This document shows, piece by piece, positions 23,553 through 35,369 of a stretch of 64,000 nt of DNA. The notes under the pieces were generated by a model. It did not search any database. It saw only the letters and a list, made by a program, of their open reading frames with translations, and had not been told where the DNA came from. This stretch comes from Octopus sinensis (lineage: Eukaryota), in NCBI RefSeq assembly GCF_006345805.1, contig NC_043005.1, positions 95,976,001-96,040,000 of the forward strand, in the 5' to 3' direction. Position numbers and translations under genes: made by a program. Every line of letters starts with the position of its first letter. Position 1 is the first letter of the stretch.

Positions 23553-23776
23553 AATACATAACTCGGAAGCAGTGCTGTGGATATGCCAAGACACACAAGC
23601 TCGATACACAACTGCCCTCACACACTTCTCACGAGGAATTCCAGAAGGAGCTTCGTACGACCACTGCAGGAACATTTCAGTAACCATTGGAAAACCAACT
23701 ATAACAGTGACTCCATTAATTCCTATCAATATCTGAAAAAGGAATTTTTATATTCCAAACTATTATATTAGACTAT
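23553..23776 (+). mobile_element. Inverted pseudo-LTR copy of the PLE at 22586-23100
   Basis: Reverse complement of 22586-22820 with scattered mismatches and one about 10-nt indel. Confidence 0.75.
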
Positions 23777-26700
23777 GAATAATTAAATTATTTACAACGG
23801 TTATTATAGTCCACTTTGCATTGTTGTACCATTCCAGACACGTAATATTTCATAAATGTATATGATTAATAGGTTTTACTTTGCAACATGACGACACTTT
23901 GTGATTTTTTTTAACTGGAGACTTGATGAAATTTAGTAATCAGAAGTCTTTCATGCATTTGTGTGTTAGTGTATACCAGTATACAGTGGTGTTGAACTGA
24001 ACCCCATTATGTAAAAGAATAACTTAACCATTTCCCAAAATAAGTACCAGATTGAAAATTGTAGCGGGAGGTGGTTCCTTACTTGCTGCTCCATTGCTGA
24101 TTCATTCTCACTTTTTTCCCTAAATGTGAGTAGCCAAATAGCTCCCTTGCAACAAGGTTCTGCTCTACCCCACCCCTTTCTCCCATCCATTATAAAGATG
24201 CACCTACACCCCCTCCTCAGATGCTGTAGACCTGTGGGCTGCATGACAACCTCACTTATGACCAGTGGTATGAAAAAGCCACCCACTACACACTGTAAAG
24301 TGGTTGGCATTAGGAAGGGCATCCAGCCATAGAAACCCTATCAAAACAGATAATTGAACTTGATACAGTTCTGGGACTCATTAGATGCCGTCCAATCCAT
24401 GCCTACTTGAAACATGGGTGTTAAATGATGATAATGATTGATAAAATAATTTTTTAAAAACCTTCAATACAGAGCCCAAACATGACCACAGCCCAAGGAC
24501 TGAAACCAGTTAAAGGAGAGTAAGACAATGAGCAAAGGTGAACTGCTAAATCTTCAACTGCTCAAATAAAGCTCATTCAAACAAACAAAAATATGGCTAC
24601 TTGCTTATAAGCAAACTTTCCTTCAACTCAACCAGCATGGCCTACCACGAACTGCATCAGGGTCATGTAAAACTTATCCCATTTAAACACATTCAATACA
24701 AATTGCCTTTCTCCTTCACTTCTCACCTTCCAGTTTACATTAGATAACATTTTTTTCCCTTGTTACTTATTTCAAGCCTTTCATAGTTCTTAATTTACCA
24801 ATCAGCCATGTTTTTTTCTACCAGCCACCAAAATGCAACAGGTAAAACTGAAACATTAACTACCCTTATTCTAACCCTACCCAGCTATCTTCATGCTTTG
24901 ATCCTTAACAACATACATTAACTATGAATACTATCCCATCCACTAAAGATAATAAGCTCATTTACAATTACACTGAAGGCATTACTCTCTACTTTATCTC
25001 AAGTCACAACCTACATCTTTTGTGGTGAAAAGTTTTCTGCCAAATCACATGGTTTAAGGTTCAGTCCCACTGCATGGCACCTTAAGCAAATATTGTCTGC
25101 TGTAGCTCTAGGCAGACCAAAGACTTGTGAATGGATTTGGTAGATGGAAACTAAAAGAAGCCCATAGTGTGCATGTGCATGCATGTATGTGTGTATGTTA
25201 CTGCCTCTCTGCTTTGATGTTGTATGCAAGTGTCACTATTCTGCAAGAGGTGTCCTTCATTTCTAATCTCTTAAGACATGTCTGATCATGGGGAAATATT
25301 ACCTTACTTGGAAACTGGTGAGGGTTGATGACAAGAAATACATCCAGCTGCAGAAAAATCCATTCTAGCAAATTGCATCTGACTCATGTGAGCATGGAAA
25401 TGTGGGCTTTAAATGATGATGACTTTTTTTTCATAAGAGGAAGGGCAACAGCCATGAGTCTCCAAGACTGGTGACAAGAAGTAAGAAAGTTATTTTCAGG
25501 TCAAACACCTGTTCCAAATGCCTGCAACAGAAAGGGCCTGAAGATGGCAGTGTTAAAATTAAAAACAGATTAGAGTCTACTACTCAAGAAAAGAAGCAGT
25601 ATTTTTGATGGATTTCCACATAATTCCCATCTAACAAATTTCACTCGCAGATATAGTAGAGACAATTGCTTGAGGTGCCATACAGTAGGATTGTACCCAA
25701 AAACCATGTAATTCTGAAGCAAATTTCTTAACCACAAAGTCATGTTTGCACCTATAAATAGATTGAGAAAATTGAGAAAAAAAAAAAAAAAAAGTTTCTT
25801 TCAGCCTCACAAAGTTGAAATTACAATGAGAAAAATAGTTTCTTAGTTTTGTCTTGCTGTCTGATTACTGATATCTGGCTAACAATGTTTTTATTTATTT
25901 ATTTATTATGTCCTAACAATTATTCGAATCTTTCAGATTGGTCTGTTTGTCAATGTATAAAGAAATCTAGAAATACAGAAATATCCAATTATTATGCCAG
26001 GCTATTGAAAGAACTAGACATATTTGGAGCCTATAGCAAGATTTCTTCTATAATATCTAATATTAGGCTAACAATATAGTTTGTGAATTACTGCCATTGA
26101 ATCTAAGAGTGCTTTATCAATGACAAATTACTTATCCACCATGTAGATTTCAAGGAGTGAGCTGTCTATAGAATAGATATATAATTTGAACAATTGTTCA
26201 CAGAGATTGTTTCTCCTCTGAACCATTAATAAATACAATGGTGAATACATACAGAATCTCAATTGGTGTTTCCACCTACAGAACTTGTTTAAGTAGAATG
26301 TTCCATTATTCTGTCCAGTAGGGACGGGGGCATTCTATATATAAAACAGGAAAGGAAATCTTGCTCAGTATGCTAATGAATATGTAAATATGTAATTATA
26401 CATGGAGTTATTGCTGTAGGCATATTAACTCCTCTTCCTCCTCCTCCTCTTATCATTTAGCAAGTGATATATATCCCCCAATATTTCCTTGCTCAGAGTG
26501 GTTTTATCTTTAGTCTTCTATTACAATTCCATTCACATCTTGGATGCTTTATAGGAATACAACCGTTGTCTTAGAGTTTTGATAACTACATGCTGGAAGA
26601 GTATAAAACATATTAATACCAAGAGTATTATCACTGACATGACAAATCAATTATAACGAACAAATCTGGAGGCATAAAACAAGGGAGGGAGGTCATAACG

Positions 26701-27084
26701 GCAGTATGTATTGAGAAATATGTAAATGGATGTGATAGATTACTGGGTGATGTCTTAGGGGAATCCCATTATTGTTGGTGATACAGCATTCTATTGCAGC
26801 TATATGATGTATGTTCGCGATGAAGTGACATGTGATGATGACTTACTCCTGAACTGAAATAAACTCCCAGCCTCTGTATCATGAATGGTTATGTGGACCA
26901 TCCTAACGAAAGCCAGAGCTTCCTTTGACCACTACATAAAAAGTATTAAGAAAAATTGTTATTTAGATATACTTTTATTTTAGTTGTTTACACTATTTTA
27001 CTTATTTATACTCTTACACATTCAAAGTTCACAAATTCCTTTATTTAAATTATCATATTTCTTTCGATAATATCAATACGATAG

Positions 27085-27532
27085 AGTTCTATATTTAAGA
27101 GATGAGGAATTATGTACATTATTTACGATTGACGGATATTTGTCCTCATCTTGTATGTCAGCTGACATACCCTCCAGCCTTCATCAGGTGGCTTCGGGAA
27201 ATTTCGAACCTGGCTTCTCATTCCTAAGGTATTTTTCAATGTATTAAGGAAGGATAGGAGAATATTAGATTTATAAACCCTAAAATTCACTCCATAATTG
27301 CCCACAGGTACATGGCGTAGTGGTTAAGAGCACAGGCTACTAACCCCAAGATTTCGAGTTCAATTACAGGCAGTGACCTGAATAATAATGACAACATTGA
27401 AAAATACCTTAGGAATGAGAACCCAAGTTCAAAATTTCCTGAAGACACCTGATGAAGGCTGGAGGATATATCAGCTGAAACATTGTGTTAACAACAAACA
27501 AGATGAGGACATATCCGTCAATTGTAAATGTA
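27085..27532. mobile_element. tRNA-headed element with hammerhead-containing body plus an inverted second arm
   Basis: Inverted arms 27115-27242 and 27394-27532; tRNA-like head 27307-27378 (A box TGGCGTAGTGG 27313-27323, B-box-like GAGTTCAATTAC 27356-27367). Confidence 0.75.
27444..27489 (+). ncRNA. Minimal type I hammerhead ribozyme motif (degenerate)
   Basis: Stem I GACAC/GTGTT; CTGATGA + extra A; stem II GGCTG/CAGCT; GAAA; CATT where CGTT would give a palindromic ACGT stem III. Confidence 0.7.
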
Positions 27533-29309
27533 TATCAATATGATTACAAAACTTCTTTGTAGACAATATTTTCTGTTTGGTCGACGCTAATTTTCAAATT
27601 ACTGGAGTCTGTTGCTCTTCTTATAGTGATGTATAATATTGGCTGTGTGTGAACATCGGAGTGAGTAAAAATACACCTACACGTTCTTTTTTTCCTAAAC
27701 CAAAAAAGGGATTTGCAGCATATTAGAAGGCCAGGGTACTTGATTCCATGCAAAAAATCTGAGTTTTGTTTTTTTCTTAGTGAAAATCATGTGTGCGTTA
27801 ATACAGAAAATTACCCCCAAAATATCATAACCATTGGTCTGGCCATCTGGCCATGAAGAGGGAACAAGGAGATGGACAGACAGATGGACATAATGCCCAT
27901 TATAGTAAGATAGCAAGTCTGCCCATCTACAATGGGAAATAAAAGGATAATATCGCAAATCTAAACCCTCTGAATTCATGAACTATACGGGGGAGGGGGG
28001 TATCCAGAGTTAATCCTTGTTGCCAGAATTTAAAAAAAAAAAAAAAATCAAAGGCGATTTAATACAAAACTCAATATCCACTAAATAATCATTCTTTTTC
28101 ACAAATTTATTCACTAAAACCTTTCCTGATTATCTCCTTCGTAATACCAAAAAACCATCATCACCATTGGTGCAGCTGTTTGACCGTGAAGAGGGAACAG
28201 ACAGGCATAACGCCCATTATAGTAAGATTAGTTAACTTTTGCTTAGACCCAGTTCATCCTTGATTGAGCAGACTTATGGTCAAAGGCACTCCAGATATAA
28301 CCATCCTAATACATCCCATACATTTGTCTATCTAGAACTGCACTGGATAATGCTTCCTGCATTTTTTGCAGTTTATTTTTAAGATGGGTGTTATTTAAGG
28401 GAGATTATATTATTCCTGCAGGTCAAGCAATTGTATAAACTCTTTTGTTGTTTGGTGGGTGACTTCTATTCACCCCTATTCCAGTACATCTACAGAGTGC
28501 AGATCAGTGATTTAAGAACATTCAGTCAATATTTCTAACCATAACCTTCCTCATACTTATACTAGATAGGTTGCTCTAAAATTTAAAACTTAAAGACATT
28601 GATCTCTGTCATAAAAACAATAAGACAGTTTTTTGAAAGGGACTTGATGAAGGTTAGAGGAAGGAACTGTACCCACGGCCTTCTCATAACCTCTGAGACT
28701 GACCGCTACTTTATTGTTATACTAGTAGTTTAAATCTTACCATTACATTTAGCTACTGTGTGATGTCAGAGGATGTTGCCAATAATGAAGAGATTAAGTA
28801 GAAGAAACACAAATGAGTTCAAAATTTGTCAAAAAGACAGATCTTTTTAAAAGCCTGGAGTACATGGAAAAATTTCTTTAAATAAAATAACCCTTGCCAG
28901 TAAAAAAAGTCAAGAATTACTGCTCAATACTGAGGTCATGAGTCCAGTCAAAGATTACACATTGCAAAGACATTACCCAGTTGTTTTAACTTTCAAGATC
29001 TACCAAATAGTTGGATTTTTTAAATCAAGCTGGAGCACTACCTTCAAAGGTAAGAATAGAAGCTTCTAGTTGACCAAATGACTGAGGAAGTATCTGTTAC
29101 TGAGGAGACAAAATTATGCCAAAACACTTACGTCTGACAGTCCATTGATGTCATTTGGAGCATGTTGTTCTTAACATACAGTCTCTAGAAAGTTGTCCTC
29201 TGAAACTAGATCTCATAACAAGCATTGTTCCACATTTGTGTGTACACAATCGTATTATGATGTACACATTATTTTGATCACTTCTCTTTCAAGTGCATTT
29301 ACTTATTCA

Positions 29310-29535
29310 AGTGCTGATGCCAACCCCCTCACCTCGACTGGCTCCTGTGCCACTGGCACATAAAAAGCACCCACTACACTCTCGAAGTGGTTGGTGTTAA
29401 GAAGAGCATTCAGCTGTAGAAACATTGCCAGATCAGACTGGAGCCTGGTGCGGCACCTGGCTTGCCAGACCCCAGTCAAACTGTCCAACCCATGCCAGCA
29501 TGAAAAACAGACGTTAAACGATGGCAAAGATGATG
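29310..29535 (+). mobile_element. RTE-tail SINE-like repeat (representative copy)
   Basis: gtggttggtgttagaagagcattcagctgtagaaac...ccaacccatgccagcatg...cgttaaacgatg. Other copies near 24270, 31960, 35640, 38360, 41350 (+) and 44380, 48680, 56360, 57000, 60365, 62280 (-). Confidence 0.8.
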
Positions 29536-30441
29536 GAGCTAATTGTGTTTACTACTTTTATTACTAGTACATTTATTTATCCCAGAAGAAAAAAAGATTT
29601 CAAGCTCAAGTAAAATTTGAACTTGGAATAAGACACCTGACTAGTTTACATTTAAATTTGAAATTATCATCCTTAAAATATGGTAGAGTAGATTATGGCC
29701 GAAGGGTTTGATCTTCATTAGAACCCTAGTTTCGTAATATAAGCCTACAGCTAAAATTCACATGCAATAAGTATATCCTAATACTACAATGGCCAAATTA
29801 TTTAGTGTTATACCAAATTCATAGTAACTAATAAGAAGTTTACAAAGCTGTACTAGCACTGGTAACAATGCCTTTTGTTTGGTTTGGTTTATGATGAATC
29901 TATAATGATGATGCTTTGTACACCTTTTGTAGACAGATAGACAACAGTAGACTCAATGAATTAGCTGTCAGCTTAGTTCTTCTGCTACTGTACTCCTCAA
30001 TATGACATTATATAGTATAACTAACGTCAGGTATATGCAGTAGATTACAAGTTCTTGAATATTCCAAGCAACATGGTTAACTGAGCATCTATGAGAAACA
30101 GAATGAGATGATTGAGTGTGGCATGGCTGACTGGACCTTTGGCCTGTTTTGGTGATTATGTTTTAGCACAGGAGACATGCATGTGCGTACAGAAATATAC
30201 AGATAGAGGAGAGAAAGAGAGAGAGAGAGATTATACATACATACAAACATAACTGGATGTTCACACACAATCAGAGAGAGTGAAAACATGTGATGTCGAA
30301 TAAGTCTGAGTTGAATCAGTGATGTTATATAGGTGACACATAAACAGCTGTGCCAAAATATTTTCATACAGCAAAGGCACAGACCATCATCATGGCCACC
30401 ACCACCACCAGCTGAATGGAGAAAATAGGATACAGCATTAA

Positions 30442-30886
30442 TCCATTAGCATTTAAACTGGTCATATCCATCCCAAATATTCTATTTGTTTTATGGTGAA
30501 ACCAGCCAGATATGACCTATTTCTTTATTACCCACAAGGGGCCAAACAAGGACAGACAAACGGATTAAGTCAATTATATCGACCCCAGTGCGTAACTGGT
30601 ACTTATTTAATCAACCCTGAAAGGATGAAAGGCAAAGTCGACCTCAGCGGAATATGAACTCAGAATGTAACGGCAGTCGAAATACCGCTAAGCATTTCGC
30701 CCGGTGTGCTAACGTTTCTGCCAGCTCGCAGCCAGATATGACCTCTTACACCTATCCTACAATATCAGTCTAAAAATTAACAATCAAATCATTGAAATCT
30801 CAAAGCTACAAGATAATGCATAATTAATTCAAAACAATGTGAATAAATAAGTATTAGATTTGACAGAGTAATTTGAATGCTAGGTA
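30442..30886. mobile_element. piggyBac-like TTAA MITE interrupted by a SINE
   Basis: TTAA at 30438-30441 and 30887-30890; same family as 42353-42572. Confidence 0.65.
30519..30728 (-). mobile_element. Meta-like SINE with 16-bp TSD nested in the MITE
   Basis: CAGCCAGATATGACCT at 30503-30518 and 30729-30744. Confidence 0.85.
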
Positions 30887-31001
30887 TTAAACAAAATGGA
30901 ATTTATTATAAAGAAGCAAAATTCCCACAAACTGGAGGAAGCTACAAAATTATGGCCACATAATCATCTGGGATGATACAATCTTAGTAAAAATGACAAC
31001 A

Positions 31002-31004
<3 letters not shown>

Positions 31005-31044
<40 letters not shown>
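31005..31044. repeat. (GA)n microsatellite
   Basis: Direct reading. Confidence 0.95.
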
Positions 31045-31047
<3 letters not shown>

Positions 31048-33633
31048 GCAGGATAAGGAAATGTTCCAGCAGGATGAGTTCACTGAATCGCAGTCTTGGT
31101 ACTGCTGATTCATGGAGAGGCATGACCTAAATCATTTAATTTGTTGAACAAGTGGGTGACTGCTGGGAACCTAATTACCACAACAGGATAACTGAAGTGA
31201 CCTACAAGTTGTACAGGTATGTCAGTATGAAATGTCATCAAAGGTAATTGTAAAAGTAGAAATAAAAGCCAAAGTACCTAAAATGGACTACTTTTTGAAG
31301 AGAATTATGACCTAAAAATAGCTCACCAAAAGAAAATGAGCCTGTCTAAAGGAAGATATAGACATATAGATGAAGCAACACTGATCTCTGTAGTGTGTGG
31401 GGGGAGGGGGGCATACATAGATGTGGATTTGATAGATGAGAACTGAAAGAAGGTTGTTGTATATACAAACAAGTGCGTGTGCATGTGTGTGTGTGTGTGT
31501 GTATGTGTGTGTGTGTGCACTCTTTTGTCTAAACCAGATTTTCTATGGCTGGATGCCTTTCTTAATGCTAGCCCTCACCTATTTCCAAGCAAGGTAATAT
31601 TTCTACATAACTGGATATGATCACATAGGATGCTGGAAATGTACTACACTTCGTGTAAGACAGTGCCAATCAGTTACAACTACCATACAAAAGCAAGACA
31701 AGGAGACACACAGACACACACACATTCCATGAACAACCTCAACTTTTTCTGTCCAAGGAATTTTTTAAACCCATTATTTACATACTATTATTTATGATTT
31801 CAAATTTCACCATTCCAAAATGAGGGAGACTCAGGAAGACAAGGGAAAATGTACTGAAGGATGACCTCAGGACACTGAACCAAATTACAAAAGACAGAGA
31901 TATCAGGCACCTTGGTGTACTCAAGAAGACCCCGTACTCCACAGCAGAAGTGTTAATACCGCTCCCCTATGAAGAGGATTGGCCTACAAGAGTGTCCTGA
32001 GCCAGTGCCATGTAAAAAGCGCTTGTACTAGCACCAGAGAAAAGTGCTTGTGGCAGTGCCATGTTAAAAGCATCCATCACACACGGTAATGTGGTTGGCA
32101 ATAGTAAGGGTGACCAGCCATAGAAACCAAAGACTGGAAGCTGATGTAGCCTCCCCTGCTTGCCTGCTCTGGTCAAACAATCCAACCCATGCCAGCATGG
32201 AAAACAGACATCAAAAGATGATGATATGATGATGATGATGACATAAATGTTTGTGTATAAAATGTACTATATTAACATTGATACTATTTTTCTTTCAAAA
32301 AAGCACACCATTAATCAATCAATTACAGTTGAGAGGGTAAAACTGACGCCATGTTTGCAATCAGTGCCTGAAACTTCTAAAAACACCAAAATCTAAACTG
32401 CAAACGAGGGCTTCTAATTTCAACCACTGAATTATTATGCCATCCTTTAAACATCTATTTTTCCATGCTTGCATGGGTTGGATGGAGTTTATTGGGGCAG
32501 ATTTTCAATGGCCAGATGCCCCTCCTGTTACCAAGCAAGGTAATATTTCTTAATAACCAAACATGGTTTCTGCAGAATATTTGGAATGAATGACACTGTA
32601 TGTATGACAATGATACTCATCTACAACTATCAAGCCAAGGAGACACAAACTTACAAACATTTACACACACACACATGCATACACATAAAGAACTCTGCTC
32701 TATCTGCAAAACAGGAACTAAAGCTGATGGTATTTTTGTAATCTGTACCCAAATATAACAGAACAAGTTTAATTCATGTTAGCCAGTATAATATATTTGT
32801 ATATTACCAAATATATATATTTGCAAAATATACTTTGCTAATCATGAGGGGAATGTAAATCTTATCCCTTGTTACTTCTTATGAGCAAAGAAATGTGATA
32901 CTGTTCTTGAAAATATTAAAAGTAAAGATGGCTTTAATAGAGAAAACCTATAAATGTTCTTACAAAAAAAAACTGTTTTTACCTTAAAGTATGTTAGCTT
33001 CAAGATATCTCCAGTTTTTTGCTTTTTGTTGCTGTTGTTTTTGGTTGTTTTTTTTTTGAGTTTTTTTTTTTGTGTGGTGGTGAAGGAAACCAGTAGAAGA
33101 TATGGTGCAGCAGTGAATAGAAGTATGTCACATTGCCTGCTGTTAGACCTGTTGCCATGAACCAACTAACAATTCTATGGCAGAGAGCAACTGGTGCACT
33201 ATTCACTGTATCTCTGCACTGTAAACTGTATCCTTCAAGTATGTCATTATATAATCATCTTTTATAGCACATTGTTACAACTGATGAATCAGCCAAAAGC
33301 CAAAACAACTTCCCTTTTAACAATTATCAGATCTAAATAGATGAATGGTCAAATTTGTATTCGTATTCTGTAAATTCTGGCCCATAAACCATACCGTGTT
33401 TTATATATATACATATATATATATTGGATGCTGTAACTTTTGTGTTTAAGAATAGGTATTAAGAATGCCAACTGTTGCCACTGACTCTTGTTTTTTTCTA
33501 TTTGATGCTAAATAAAATGAGATATATTTGTTTTGGATTGTTATTCTTCAGATAAAATATTACCTAAGGAAATTTCTATTTTTACCAAGAATAGAATAAA
33601 CAGTTGTCAAGACTGTGAGGAGCATGTGAGGAG

Positions 33634-33635
<2 letters not shown>

Positions 33636-33693
<58 letters not shown>

Positions 33694-33915
33694 GTGTGTG
33701 TGTGTAATATTTCTCTCTCATTAACTTCAATTGTTAGACAATATTTATTAGGATAGTATAGAAGGAAGATGCTGTGTACTGTGAAAATGGAAAGTAAAAG
33801 ACTTAAGGTACATTAAACAAATTGTCTGAGACCTACATATCAAGTGGGGAAAAAGCACAGCATCGTGATATTGTTGGCATATAATCAGCTGAAAAATAAT
33901 ACAGCATAGGTACAC

Positions 33916-33959
<44 letters not shown>

Positions 33960-34240
33960 ATGTATGTGTGTATATGTGTGTGTATGTGTATATAGGGACT
34001 AGTGTGCTGTGTGTGCATATGTGTGTGTGTATGCGTGTGTGTGTGTATGTGTATATATATTTTTCTGTGTATATGTATGTGTGGTCGTGTGTGTATACGT
34101 GTATGCATGTGAGTGTGTGTATGTATACATATATGTGTATGTGTAGATATGTATATGTATGTGTAAGTGTATATATATGTGTGTGTGTATGTATATGTAT
34201 ATATGTTTGTATGTGTGTGTATATATGTATACATATGTGC
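33636..34240. repeat. (TA)n and compound TA/TG/TATG microsatellites
   Basis: Pure (TA)n 33636-33690 and a compound tract about 33911-34240; source of the spurious H/T/Y/I- and V/C/M/Y-rich ORFs. Confidence 0.95.
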
Positions 34241-34483
34241 ATAGGTATAAGTGAGAATCTCCTTATTTACCTAAAACTCTATTCCCTTTTTTTATATATA
34301 TTTTTATATATTTTTATATATTTTTTTATTTTTTTATTTATTCTTCTATCTAATTTAACACTGACTCCTTGACCACTCCCCCAAGTATGATATTTTGCGC
34401 TATGCCTACCCCCAAAAAGTCCCCCACCAACACCCCTTTAAACCTGCCTAAATGTATAAATGCCAATACAATTCTTGTTAACT

Positions 34484-34534
34484 AGCTTCCTGAAGATTTC
34501 TCTTGAATGAAACGGTTCTAGTCCTGTAGAAGCT
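34484..34534 (+). ncRNA. Type I hammerhead ribozyme motif, complete catalytic core
   Basis: Stem I AGCTTC/GAAGCT; CTGAAGA 34490-34496; stem II U.U + TTC/GAA with TCTT loop; GAAA 34509-34512; stem III ACGG/CTGT; GUA cleavage after 34528. Confidence 0.75.
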
Positions 34535-34545
34535 CCTTCTATATA

Positions 34546-34588
<43 letters not shown>

Positions 34589-34590
<2 letters not shown>

Positions 34591-34811
34591 CACAAGTGTG
34601 GCTGTGTGGTAAGGAGTTTGTTTGGCACTTTAGACAAGGATCTTCTATTCTAGCTTTGGCCAACCAAAGCCTTACGAGTGGATTTGGTAAATGAAAACTG
34701 AAAGATGCCTTTTGTATAAGTGTGTGTGTGTGTGTGTCCTTGTATCTGTGTTTGTTCACCACATCCACTTGACAACCAGTGTTAGTTTGTTGACATCGCT
34801 GTATTATTTGT
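34589..34811 (+). mobile_element. CORE-type SINE between 27-bp direct repeats
   Basis: gtgtggtaaggagtttg head, cactttagacaagg CORE-like segment; TGTAGAAGCTCCTTCTATATAATAAAT at 34525-34551 and 34812-34838. Confidence 0.7.
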
Positions 34812-34907
34812 TGTAGAAGCTCCTTCTATATAATAAATTAATTTTACTCTACTATGTATTGAGTACCTTATTTACTGTGGTTAACCCCGAATCAACCCGG
34901 GACCTAC

Positions 34908-34957
<50 letters not shown>

Positions 34958-34982
34958 CTTTATTTAAAGCAGCAGAAAGTTC

Positions 34983-35036
34983 AACAAAATCTGTTACTCT
35001 GAGTTTCTCGTTGCCGTTCATCAGACAGTTTTTGTT
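34983..35036 (-). ncRNA. Type I hammerhead ribozyme motif, complete catalytic core
   Basis: Minus strand AACAAAA-A-CTGT CTGATGA A-CG-GCAA-CG-A GAAA CT-CAG-AG TA^ ACAG-A-TTTTGTT: 11-bp stem I with one A.A mismatch, GNRA-capped stem II, GUA cleavage after 34995. Confidence 0.8.
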
Positions 35037-35127
35037 AGCATATTACTCTACCACTGGTATTTGAGTACTCTTTTTTTCCACCTTGCTTCACATTTATGTG
35101 TTTACTCCGGTATATATATATATACAC

Positions 35128-35327
35128 ACGCCGGGTGAAATGCTTAGCAGTATTTCGTCTGTCGTTATGTTCTGAGTTCAAATTCCACCGAGGTCGATTT
35201 TGCCTTTCATCCTTTCAGGGTCGATAAATAAAGTACCAGTTTCACACTGGGATCGATGTAATCGACTTAATCCCTTTGTCTGTCCTAGTTTGTCCCCTCT
35301 ATGTTTAGCCCCTTGTGGGCAATAAAG

Positions 35328-35330
<3 letters not shown>
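35128..35330 (+). mobile_element. Meta-like SINE
   Basis: Same family as 17929-18152. Confidence 0.8.

Positions 35331-35369
<39 letters not shown>

Noticed and set aside
26100-26950. Very old minus-strand PLE RT remnant
   Set aside because: Only faint motif echoes across many frameshifts; needs an HMM search
27307-27378. tRNA gene (also heads at 49896 and 48098)
   Set aside because: No complete cloverleaf or Pol III terminator; each continues into a repeat body, so these are SINE heads
29132-29184. 53-nt minus-strand exon with LRR-like RLYVKNNML and a strong GTAAGT donor
   Set aside because: Weak acceptor, no partner exons, too short to support
33533-34372. Long H/T/Y/I- and V/C/M/Y-rich ORFs (also 40443-40829, 49247-49624)
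   Set aside because: Translations of microsatellites
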